Position numbers and translations under genes: made by a program. The notes under the pieces are model-generated. The model made no database searches and was not told where the DNA came from. It saw only the letters and a list, made by a program, of their open reading frames with translations. Positions 25,801 through 37,700 of a DNA stretch of 64,000 bases are shown here, piece after piece. How positions within the stretch are numbered: position 1 is the first letter of the stretch; each line of letters begins with the position of its first letter. Source of the DNA: Asterias rubens (Eukaryota); NCBI RefSeq assembly GCF_902459465.1, contig NC_047066.1, forward strand, positions 6,758,001 to 6,822,000, written 5' to 3'.

Positions 25801-27608
25801 TTGTACGTATTCAACTGCAACTTTGTTTAAAAAGAGAGGCAACATCCTGGTACTTTGATTTTCAGTTTACAACGGTATGACTGAGAAACGAACTACATGG
25901 AAATCGGAAGTGTCGTGGCCGAGTGGTTATGAGCACCGAATTCAAACTCTGGTGTTTCTGATCAGCAGAGTGTGGGTTCAAATCCCCAGTCATGACACTT
26001 GTGTCCTCAAGCAAGTAACTTAACCATTGCTTCGTCCTTCGGATGGGACATAAAGCCGTTGGTCCCATGTGTTGTGTAAACGCATGTAAAAGAACCCAGT
26101 GCGCTTATCGTAAAGAGAAGGGGTTCGCCCCGCTGTCCTGGCTGGATTGGCAGCATATTGCGCCACAGCACCTTGTAAACCATTACATGGTGCTAAGGAT
26201 TAGGTCTGATATCTCAAACTTCATCCCACTCCTTGCAGTAATAATACCTAGTGCTTTGTATCCTTTGGCATAATTTCTGCTTTTGAATATGTTTAAGGCA
26301 CATTTTCTACTAATCAGATATTTTGTGGTATTTTCCCCCGACAGGTGTCTTGGTCAGCAGACAGCCGACTGATCTGCAGTGGGAGTTCCGACAGCACACT
26401 CAAAGTCTGGAATGTCAAGTCAGGCAAGATATCCATCGATCTACCCGGACACGCTGATGAAGTGTATGCTGTGGACTGGAGCCCTGATGGGCAGAGAGTG
26501 GCCAGCGGAGGCAAGGATAAAGTACTGAAAATGTAAGTGTGTTGATATTACATTGAATTGTAATAGCCCCTCTTTCTTGCCAGAGATTAACCAGGTTAAA
26601 GATGGCTACCTTTAGTAACGATACATACAGACATGTAACAGTTCATGATTCACAATTAAATCTGTAGTAATCCTTGCGAAACGTGTCTTGTAAGATCACA
26701 ACAGTAAGCTTCCAAATTTCTTAGGGTGTCATGGCCAAGCGGTTTAAGCCAAAAATGTAAGTGTGTTGATATTACATTGAATTGTAATAGCCCCTCTTTC
26801 TTGCCAGAGATTAATAACCAGGTTAAAGATGGCTACCTTTAGTAACGATACATACAGACATGTAACAGTTCATGATTCACAATTAAATCTGTAGTAATCC
26901 TTGCGAAACATGTCTTGTAAGATCACAACAGTAAGCTTCCAAATATCTTAGGGTGTCATGGCCAAGTGGTTTAAGCCATTGGACACTTTTGGAACAGAAA
27001 AAAATGTAAAAGTTCACAGGTTTACAAATATTACTTACAGGGTTTACAGAAGGTAATGGTGAAAGACTTCTCTTAAAATATTATTCCATCAAATGCTTTT
27101 CTTTTTGAGAAAACATTAAAACAATATCAATTCTCGATATTGAGAATTACGGATTTATTTTAAACAAATGTCATGACACGGCAAAACGTGCGGAAACAAG
27201 GGTGGGTTTTCCCGTTATTTTCTCCCGACTCCGATGACCAATTGAGCCTAAATTTCACAGGTTTGTTATTTTATATATAAGTTGTGATACACGAAATGTG
27301 GGCCATGGACAATACTGTTTACCGAAAGTGTCCAATGGCTTTAAGATCATCAAATTCAAGTTCTGGTGGTTTAGTCAATGGAGTGTACGTTTGAAACCCG
27401 GTCATGACACCGGGTGTGTTTATCAGCATTAAATAGATTTATAAGCCAGACAGAAGCTATGCTGTACTCTTGTTTGTCTGTAACAGACATCTAGAGATTT
27501 AGGATAAAAGATATGACCTTTTAATACCGTGATCTTTGTGTTTTTTTTTTCAACAACAAGGAAGTAAAATTACTAGAATTTTTATTTATTTACAGATGGA
27601 GACGCTGA
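19874..27608 (+). CDS. NLE1: Notchless homolog 1 (Rsa4; ubiquitin-like NLE domain + WD40, 60S biogenesis), ~478 aa
   Basis: Exons 19874-20008, 20255-20478, 21070-21149, 21598-21674, 21904-22038, 22547-22702, 23277-23412, 23819-23865, 24359-24561, 25683-25725, 26345-26532 and 27596-27608 total 1437 nt in one frame. Motifs include IVYQPQAIFRVRAVTRCTSTIEGHAEAV, GHGHWVNTMALSTDYVMRTG, ERLVSGSDDFTLFLW and C-terminal DKVLKIWRR*. Confidence 0.96.
25099..25489 (-). mobile_element. K1 MITE copy in an NLE1 intron
   Basis: Reverse K1 body with TTAA ends. Confidence 0.85.
25908..26212 (+). mobile_element. tRNA-derived SINE with a Deu-like central domain (other copies 61115-61395 reverse, 13720-14400 reverse/interrupted, fragments 11790-11850 and 51415-51465)
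   Basis: A box TGGCCGAGTGG and B box GGGTTCAAATCC. The centre, CCTTCGGATGGGAC...AAAAGAACCCAGTGCGCTTATCGTAAAGAGAAGGGGTTCGCCCCG.TGTCCTGGC, resembles the Deu domain as I recall it. Confidence 0.75.
26526..26975 (+). repeat. ~225-bp tandem duplication at the start of the last NLE1 intron
   Basis: Near-identical units. The GTAAGT donor occurs at both 26533 and 26757. Confidence 0.9.
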
Positions 27609-28524
27609 ACGAGAACTAACAAGAAAAGAAGAAAAGAAAAAAATTGCTGTATGATGGACTGGTCAACTCCAATGTCCTCGGGGCCCATTTGTAGTTTATC
27701 AATAATTTTCTTTACGAAAACAGCAACACCACTTACACATATTACGAATACATAATTAATTTACAATAGATTTATTTTATAAATATTATCATAATGTAAG
27801 CAGTGCTCCTTGCTGCATTTCTCAAAAAAGTTCAATCTGTAAAATGTGTCCCTCTCTGGTCTTTTTGACGAAGCTCACAACAATATAGAATAAAACATTT
27901 ACAACTGTACACAACATAACTTACAGATCAGCTGCATTTTATGGTAAGAGACTTTTGGACAAGTCGTTAATGTTGTGATAGCGCAACACACCGCAATTAA
28001 AGACTGCTCCTGCGCAAGGCTGCTGGCTCCCAACCGCTACTCTCCAATAAATGAGACCATAGTCGACGGAAGTCTTGCGGGGGCCAACAGTCACACAAGA
28101 ACATTGCTGAGTATACAGAGCTAATACACACATTGGTGTATGGGTAAAACCAAACAATATTCTTTATCCTGATGCAAATATAATATCTATTAAAAAGATT
28201 ATCAGTGTCGCAGGAATCGAGTCAGAACGCTATCTTAAGTCTTGTCCACAAGAACTTGTCCACAAGTCTAGGTAAGAATCTGCCGAGCTTTATCATTTGG
28301 CAGCCATCTTGTAATTAAAGTGGTGTAACCAAGAGCTTTTTGAAAACCTCGGCTTGGGCACCGTCTCCGGCCCTGGGTTCCGACCCTGGGCTCTGTTTGA
28401 TGTGGAAACAATGTGCAAAATGTAATAATAATAATACAAGGTATTTATATAGCACTCTAACCACAGCGCTTTACACACAATTAACAACAAGCAAAGAAAT
28501 AAACATAATAAGCAAACAAGTCAA

Positions 28525-28900
28525 TTAAAGCCATTGGACACTTTCGGTACAGAAAAAAAGGAAAAAAAGTTCACAGATTTAAAAATAACTTACAGGGCTT
28601 ACAGAAGGTAATGGTGAAAGACTTCTCTTGAAATATTATTCCATGAAATGCTTTACTTTTTGAGAAAACATTAAAACAATATCAATTCTCGATAGCGAGA
28701 ATTACAAATTTATTTTGAACACATGTCATGACACGAGGAAACGTGCGGAAACAAGGGTGGGTTTTCCCATTATTTTCTCCCGACTCCGATGACCGATTGA
28801 GCCTAAATTTTCACAGGTTTGTGAATTTATATAGCAGTTGTGATACAGGAAGTGTGGGCCTTGGACGAAACTGTTTACCGAAAGTGTCCAATTGCTTTAA
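28525..28900 (+). mobile_element. Kolobok-type MITE family K2 (other copies 26970-27344 and 38474-38848 reverse)
   Basis: TIR AGCCATTGGACACTTTCGG with TTAA flanks. It shares an internal block with K1 (gattgagc...aaattttcacaggtttgttatt). Confidence 0.85.
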
Positions 28901-29049
28901 ACAAGTGGGTTTTTAGAGATTTCTTGAAGACTGCTAGTGAGCTAGAGTGGCTGATGCTGTAAGGTCGATTGTGGAAGCTTTTTGTTTTCCAATAGTGGTG
29001 GGTGTACACTGATCCACACTTTATGACGGAGCCCAAGCTGAGATTTGCC

Positions 29050-29470
29050 AATAAATAAGCATCACAGGGACAAAAATCTATTAATCTAAAGCATAATTTT
29101 GATTCACAAATTTACAAGCCAAGTAAACAAATCTATATCCTTGGATATTTCAGATGGGGAAACATTACTGCCAGGCAAGTAAAACTGTTTGTGCTCCATG
29201 TTTGCTTAGCACAGCTCTTTTGAATAGTTTAGCCACTGTGAAATGTACCATGTGAAATGTACACTACACCACAACTTACCACAGAGTCTAAACTGAGATA
29301 GGCCTATAAATAAGCATCGCATTGACCAAAAAAAACAATCTAAGCAAAGTTTTGATTCACAAATTTACAAGCTATTAAGTAAACATCAGGAGGGAACTCA
29401 TCACAAATTTATATCCTGGGATATTTCAGATGGGAAAAATTACTGCTTGGCAAGTAAAACTTTCTGTGCT
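29050..29470. repeat. ~255-bp diverged tandem duplication
   Basis: ataaataagcatc...ttttgattcacaaatttacaagc...gatatttcagatggg...ggcaagtaaaact is repeated. Confidence 0.75.
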
Positions 29471-31369
29471 CCCCATATATGCTATAGTTAAGCAAATAAG
29501 AAAATGGTAGTCATCCAACAATACTTGACTTTAACCTATTGTGATGTTATTTATATTAAATACTGAATTCCCTCAATGTTATTAAATATAATTGTAACAT
29601 CAAATCCGTACGTCTTCTGTGAAACTTTATATTTTTTGTTTGGCAGTTCATTGTCCATTGGAAAGGGCAATGAGTTGTGATATTGTACATCAAATTTGCT
29701 CCCAATAGACCATGGCCGTGCTGCCACCATCTTGGAGTCTTGTTCCTTTTATCCAATAATAAATTATAGTATTCATAAAGAAACCAGACTATTTTTTCTT
29801 CCAGCCTCTGTTTGGTAACAATGGTTTAGACTGGAGGAAATCAAGATGGCCGCACCATGTTTAGGTCTATACTATCCACTTTTGGGGAGATATAGACAGA
29901 AAAACTCTCCAAAGTGTAATACTCTTTTGGAATACTGGATTTTGGAATATACTTTATACCCCATTGGAACAATATCATCTCCACTGGGGTATTATTGGTA
30001 CCTAAACAAGGAGACATTCGTGTGGACAATACAAACTTCCTGAGTTGGGATTTACATCGACCCCCATTGGAACCATCTTCTCTAAAAGTAGATATCATTA
30101 GTCCTAAACAAGGAGACATTTAGGAAGAAATGCAAATTACCTAAACTGGGATATACTTAAGTACCTCAATCAGATACTCTCCTCTTCAAATGAAAATATC
30201 TATGGTCCCTAACAGGGAGACATCTATGTAGATTTTATGCAAACTCCCCGAGTCGAACATGCCTTAATACACCCCCATTTGAGCCCTCTACTCTGAGCGA
30301 AGATCTGGCTGCATCCCTATCAAACAACACAGTTGAAGAAGAGGACGTTTTGGTGATCCAGCCAAAGCCACAGCTGAAGCCATTAATTAAGCCACAGCCT
30401 ATCATTATTCCTCAACAAGGAGACATAATTATATGAAGCAGAAATACAAACTCCCTGAGCTCGGACATAGTTATACCCAGATAGAACACTTTCATTTGAG
30501 GATACCAGAGGTACTCAATCTGTTTACACTAAATACCCAATCGGGTAACCCTTGGTACTCAATCTGTTAACACTAAATACCCAATCGGGTTACCCTTATA
30601 CCCAATCAGGTATTCCGTGGTACCCAATCAGCTAACCCTCAGAAAACCACAACTTTCATACAGGATTGACTTAGATATATTATGGTAAAACACATGCTTC
30701 AGTTAAAAACAGCCAGTAAATATTAAATAGGATAGAAAACACAACAGTTGAGACTTATTCACAATGAGGATTAAGCAAATCCATTCTGTATGTAGTCAGA
30801 ATTGGCACTTGCTTTCCGTGGATAAATTTAAGAAAATTCCTTTATAAAAGTCTGCGTGGGTGGGTAGAAACATTCAAACGGAGGACCCATTTAAAAAAGG
30901 AGACAATAAGGGCCCCTAGTTGGGTGAAGGTCCCAAGTTGGAAAGTGGGTAGCCTACTAAACAAATAGGAGCTGTTGCCAAAAAGTGTGAGTACAAACAC
31001 AAGAGGGTCAATAGGAGTTCCCTGATTGCAGGTGATTACACACGTCAGGGGGTGTGAGCATGGCAGGACCAAGGCCTGTATGCTTCGTTGTTGAAAGGGC
31101 AAGGGCACCAAGGTATTTTACCTTGGTAAAGAGCACCCTATGAGGAAATTGTAAATTTCTACTGGAGCATTTCAAGGCCACCAAGGCAATGACCAGAGGG
31201 CACTGAGGCGAATCACCATTCGTGAAGTATTGGGCCTAAGGACCTGACCACCTCTTTGGAACATTGCAAAGGGAGGTCAAACAACTCATGGATCATTCGT
31301 CTTGTGATCAGCGAGTTTCTCTCCAAGCTGGATGAATTTCAACTCTCAAGTTTCTCAATTAACGCTGTG

Positions 31370-31715
31370 AGTTATCACTCTTTGATAACCGCCAGTCTTC
31401 ATTCTTAGTTCAGCAAACACTCTTTTAGCTTGTTGCTTTTAACTTTGAAGTTTCACTGGTGAGGTTGGCTCAGTGAGTTTCCACTGGAGTTTTCACTCAC
31501 GAAGATAGGTGATTTTTCACTCTTTGATTTATACCGCGAGTTTTCACTCTTAATTCAGCAATCACTCTTTTAGCTTGTGGCTTTTCACATTGGAGTTTGG
31601 AGAGTTTCACTGGTGAGGTTGGCTCAGCGAGTTTTCACTGGAGTTCTCACTCATGAAGATAGGTGATATTTTACTCTTTGATTACAGTGAGTTTTCACTC
31701 TTAATTCAGCATTCA
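31370..31715. repeat. ~175-bp tandem repeat forming the proximal PELO 3' UTR
   Basis: Two-plus units rich in the sub-motif AAGAGTGAAAACTC (minus strand), starting at the stop codon. Confidence 0.85.
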
Positions 31716-34700
31716 CTCTTCATCAGAGCTGGACTCATCTTCACTCAACTCGTCAATGTCTGGCATTGGAAATCTTAAAATAGCTGCTACTCCAGTCAAC
31801 TGTGTGAGTTCTGTACAAAGAAAGGAACAAGAGAAACCCAATAAATATAGACTCAAAAAGTTTGCCTTTTCTCATCCTTAGAGTTTTTACCCTTTGTCAA
31901 AATCTGTATCCCACTAGTCCCTAACATTACAAAAGCAAAGAAAATCATCTTTGTACACTTTTTTTGTGATAAAGTGAATGACATTACAGCTTGGTCGGTA
32001 TTAATAACAAAGATCAAGTGTACACAAATTTGAGAAAACTGTCAAATTTAACCGCATCTGGATTTAAAATCATTGACACTTACGTTCTCCTGAGACGTGG
32101 AGACTGGAAAATAGTTTGACGTCTCCTCCGTTTTCCCGGACACTCTCAACTAATGTCACATATCGCTTCCTTTGTGCAATATCCTGAGACCTGATAAGAT
32201 GGTATACAAAATCACCATTTACAATCCTCCAGTTTTCACAGAAATATTTTTGTTGGGTTCCTGGAAAAATAAAATACTGCTCTTCAAACTTCTTCCTGAC
32301 ATGTACAACACAACAGGTTTACACAACAGAAGTTGTTAAGCAATAAAATGCTACTTATTAAAAAGGGGTGCTTGGTAACTTTATTATACCCTGTTGCTAA
32401 AATGACCCTGAAGAAATGTTCTTTTTACTCGCGTTTGAATTTTCCTACAGTGACTTTATGATTAGAGAAAAATACATTTTGCACATAAATTGAATACGAC
32501 TTCTTTCCAGGCACACTTTCACAACATCCTTTGATTATAAAAACACATTTTCCACATTTTCATGAGGACTCCCAATTCTTGCAGGAAATACTGTATGTTA
32601 CAGCGCCAGGAGCGTCACTGGGTGACGGACAAGTGCGCTATATAAGAAGCAACAATTATTATTATTATTAGAAAATGAGTGCATCACAAAACTGAATTTG
32701 GCATAGATGCTGCTCGTTAACATTTCTTTAAATTTACCTGAAGAGTTGATCACTGATGAGTAGTGTTTCTATAGCCAGGCCATCATTAGCCATCTCCACT
32801 TGGTTCGCTCTAGATTTATGAATCAACACATTGAAAAAAAACATGACTTAGAACATGTTTAAATTTACATTAGAAATGCATCGAGGATAAGGAATATTTT
32901 ACACCTACACTGATGTATGAAAATAACTACTGTCCTTTTTATTTATTCAACTACTACTTAAGAAGTAATTATAATACATATAACATAAACGTAAAAAAGG
33001 GGTTAACATAATTGTCATGAAAATTGTTCTTGGAAAAATGTCATTTTCTACAGAAAAGAAAACAGAATTTACGAAGGTCAGTTAAAACGAGACTTGAAAT
33101 AAGCAACAACAAAAAACAGGAGACATTTGCATAATGTCTAAAATTTGCATACAAATGGGTTTAATTTTACGTCTAAAATATCTGCCTTGATAGCAAGTGA
33201 ATAATTTTAACTCAACAATACAGAAAGGGACTCATGTTATAGTGTATGCTTGAGCATGAGGTGATCCCTAAAAACAAACCATACGACACAGGAATGCAAT
33301 CAAAATTATACAATTATGTTTTTTTGTACAAATTACCAACTGTACGACAGTATAATTATTTCCTACAAAGAAGTTTACATCAACAAGAAATAATGAAAAA
33401 AATGTATTTCTAAAACACATGCAGTTTGTCTTTTCTATACAAAATCAACACAACATGGGTAGGGAGCAAAGAACAATGGTTGATGTGGGACTTGAACACA
33501 AGAGCCCTCTAATACGGTACAAGTGCTATACCAACTGAGCCCTTATGTCAGTGGGTGGTTGTTCACTTTTGCCAATCATCTCTATACTCTGTTTGAGTAC
33601 AAGTCAGAAGCCTTTCAAACTTATCTGCCAATTGGCCAAGCCTTGTGCCCAGGGTATGATGGCAGTATCAGGCTCTGGCTTTTAATGTGAAGGCACACAC
33701 AATAAATATGGAGGGGGTGGGGAATACATAACAACACAATTAACAGTATCACACAGGGCTTTGAGCAAAAAAAATCCTAAGACTTCAGCTGTCGATTTTC
33801 ACCAAACTCTTTCTTACTTAGGATTAATCTTAGGACTTAGGACGAGTTGAGTCCCGCATCCAAATACGTAGGAATCATTGAACCTATCCTAAGTTAGGAC
33901 GGGTTACTCGTCCCAACTCGAGTTAGGATTAATCCTAGAGTTTCTTGAAAGCGGCTGCAGGGCTTGTAGCTAAAAATATTTACTGGACTAGAAATATTTT
34001 GACTGGACCAGAATCAAAATGAGCAAACAACAGGTTAACATACATACATGGATAAACTGTTTTCAATAGAGGATTGATCTCATTCGTTGTATGGGTATAC
34101 TTCCGTACTCAACATAATTGAAAGATAATGATCACACTGAAAGTAAATATTTTAACAGTTTTTGTTTCTGATAGACCATGCAAGTCTTGCCTGTATTCAA
34201 ATGTTTTTGGGACCACGTTGGTCCCACTTCAATGGTTTAAAGTGTGAAGGAAACAAACTCGCGCACTTTGTTGGCTCCCAATTTTGGAATAGGCGTGAGA
34301 CTTCTACAGTCTATTCAGGATATAACACTGAAACTGGAAAAATCATACAACCGCTGGACTTATGCTGGCAGAACGCTATAATCACTGGCCTCCAGGCCTG
34401 CGGTCCAGCGTAATTTTTTTGTGCCGTGGAGTACTATTATTATTATTATAGTGTGTTAAAAACACTGCTCATTGCAGCCTAGCAGCTGAATTAAAAAACA
34501 GTTTACCAAAAAAATAGAAGGAACACAAACAGTTTGATTTTTTTGTTTAAGTACAGTTGAACAAAAAAAAGGTTAAAATACAAATGGAATTTATGACAAA
34601 ATATTTTTGACATAAATGACGTACCCATAGAAAGCCCTGTCTGGTTCATTCTGCAACATCTGATAGAAGGAATCCAGCGCCTTGACTTCACCTGCCGCCT

Positions 34701-37700
34701 TGGTGTCAGATAACCTCGCTGAAACCGCTGGGTTGGATAACACCTCTGCAAAGACACACATCTCATTTCATTTATTGATTTCACTTCATTTATTATAATA
34801 TCTATTTATTCTGGTTGTCAAGCCGAGGACTCTCAGAAAAGCAAAATTAATCACTGTACTAGCCGAGAACCAAAATGGAGAGAAGATGTGGGAGGAAAAC
34901 CCAGATAATTATTCCAGGATGCAGCCGGGATAGGGACTGGGTACCTCATCCTTGTAGAGCCCGGGGTGTGATTTGTACCGGGGTCCTACAGGTGAAAGGC
35001 AGAGGAAGATACCGCTATGCCAACCCGACCAGCCAGGCATGCTTTTATTTATCTATCTATTCAGAGGCCTGCTCTCTCCAGGGCCCAACTCCATAAAGCT
35101 GTTATGCAGAAAATACTGCTTAGCAAATTCCTTTGATAAGCAAAAACTAAGTGGGGTACCAGTACAATAATGCAAACTTTATGGTGTTTGAGCTGGTAAC
35201 CAATTTCTGCTAGAAAAGAAGACAAAACGGGAAGAGGTGTCCGTGCTGACCTTTGAGTGCGTGTTTATGCCCGGATGAGGAATGCACTTGAAGGAACTTT
35301 GGCTTGTTCTCCAGGAGTACTTTGGTTTCAAGTTTGATTGCCTCTTGGAACATGTATTCACAAAACTGATCCTGCAACAAGAAATCAAAATGAGGAAATA
35401 GCAGTTAAAAAGGCACTGGACACGTTTGATGGATGTCAAAGACCAGGGGCCAATTTCATAGAGCTGCTTAAGCAAAAAATTTGCTCGAGCACGAAAATAG
35501 CTCGCTTGTTTTACACATGTTACTGGCCAAAATTTCATGCCATATACATTGCTTGTGACTGGTATTTAGCTGTTGTTTACTTAGCATTACAATTGAGTTG
35601 AGTCTTGGCCGGTAATCTGATTTTACAAAGCAAGGATTTGTTCAATTAAGCAACATTTTGTGCTTAAGCAGCTTTATGAAATTGGGCCCAGTATTCTCAC
35701 TTGGTGTATCCCAACATATGCATAAAATAACAAATCTGTGAAAGTTTGGATTAATTGTTCATTTCACTTACTCTGTTTTTTTCCTACTACTATTTAATTT
35801 ATTAGTGTATTCTGTTTTAATGTAAATCATCATTTTTGCATGATACTTGTACACATATTTTTGTGAAGTGGAAATAGATGATGTTAAAAATTGAAATTGA
35901 AGTTGCTAGAAAATAATGAAAGAAAAAACATCCTTCTTGCACAAATTTGTGTGCTTTCAGATGCCTGAACTCTTTTTAATGTTCTTAGCGAGGTTGTATG
36001 TAAGTGAGTGAGCTTGGCCAAGGACCAGAATTGAGAACTTCACATGTAAAAAAAATTGACAATACAAATACTGAAGAAAATGTCCACCAAATTCTATCAC
36101 ATTTCTCAAGTCTAAAAAGTGGACTTACCTTCACGAAGCCAGGACTTGCAACAAGCACACATTTAACAACTGTAAGATGAAAACAAAAAAGAAATAAAGA
36201 ATTTAAAATGAAAATAACAAAAACAAAGGTTGACATAACTCTACACAGTCATTTCTTTTTTTTAAGTACCTTTTAGAAGAAAAAAATCAATGAAATATGA
36301 CAGTAACCAGGCTCAAATCTTACACTAGACCACTTGCCTGAGGTTAGTGGTTTCATCAGTGTTGGCCCAGTAAACTCAATCCTCTATCACACATAAAACA
36401 TAAGAGATAAATCTAAGGTTACCAGCCAAAATACTATGTCACATACCATCTATGACTAGTATCTTACTCATTTTTGCTTTAAGAACAGAAAATTAAGGAG
36501 CAATATTTTCTGCTCAAGCAGCCTTAGATGACATTGGGCCCTGGAGTATAAGTTCCACAATCTATTGGACTAACCGTCAAAGTTGATGTGCCTTAGTATT
36601 GCTTGCATTACAGCCTCGTAGAAGCGTAACAAAGACTTGTCGTGCTGCGAGCATGAGCCCTTGCGTTTCCGCGGTATATTGTGCTCCACCTTGGCCCGTA
36701 CCACTGTCATGCTAGGGGTGACCAGACATATTAGAGCTAACCCCTCTTGCATCACCACAGCGGCGACATCTGCACTCTGTGCGATGTCACATGCCATTTC
36801 TGGAAGAGAGGTAAAACAAAATCACAATCAGAAGTTGAACTTTTTGACTAAGAATCAGAAAATATGATTGTTTGAAGATTGATTTTTGAAGTTTCGAATT
36901 CAAGCATCTGAAAGCACACAACTTCGTGTGACAAGTTTTTTTTCTTCCATTATTATCTCGCAACTTCGATGACCAATTGATTTCAAATTTTCATAGGTTT
37001 GTTACTTTGTGAATATATTGTGATTCACCAAGTGAGAAGACTGGTCTATGACAATTACCGAAGGTGTCCAGACTCACTTTATGGGTTGATAGAATCTATT
37101 TCCATAGTGAAACTCACCTATCCTTTCCAGATCAATCACATCCCATAACTGCTTGGCAAGAGTGAACTTCCGATTAAGTTCTAAATCTAGTGTATGGTAG
37201 GCCCCCATCTGTATGAAAGAATCACATAAAATGTTCATATAATACTTAACATCAGACCTTTAAAACCTTAACACCAGACCAATATCACATTGTGTAGATT
37301 GGATTTCAACCTGGTTTCAATAGTATTTTTTTAACTCTTAGAAAATAATGGGTTTTCCAGACATGCCCATAGTTCTTAACGACCTCTTCATTGGCTGCCA
37401 TCGTTGATGAAACATGCACACGTTAAAGGCGATTGGCCGAGAGTTGTGCACAGTGCATCACTCGCATGCACTTTTCTTTTGTTGCCATCACACATGGCGG
37501 TCAATGATGTCATGAGCAATCCATCTATTGGAATTGGTAGAAGCTGTTAAACAGAAATCACAAGTTCCGTTGTAGGAAAATAAACGGAACTGCACAATTC
37601 TCAACTTGAGAGAGCGAAGGTCATGTTCTGAAGAAATGTCAGGGTTCGAATTTAGCATTCACCCGGTGCCATATGCAGCGGCAGGCGAATAATAATCCCT

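Noticed and set aside
28728-28916. ORFs [13 protein letters not shown] (also at 38368)
   Set aside because: They are chance frames in K2 MITE copies.
31700-31715. Stop-codon read-through of PELO
   Set aside because: TGA is followed by ATG CTG AAT TAA, a 3-aa extension with no read-through context.
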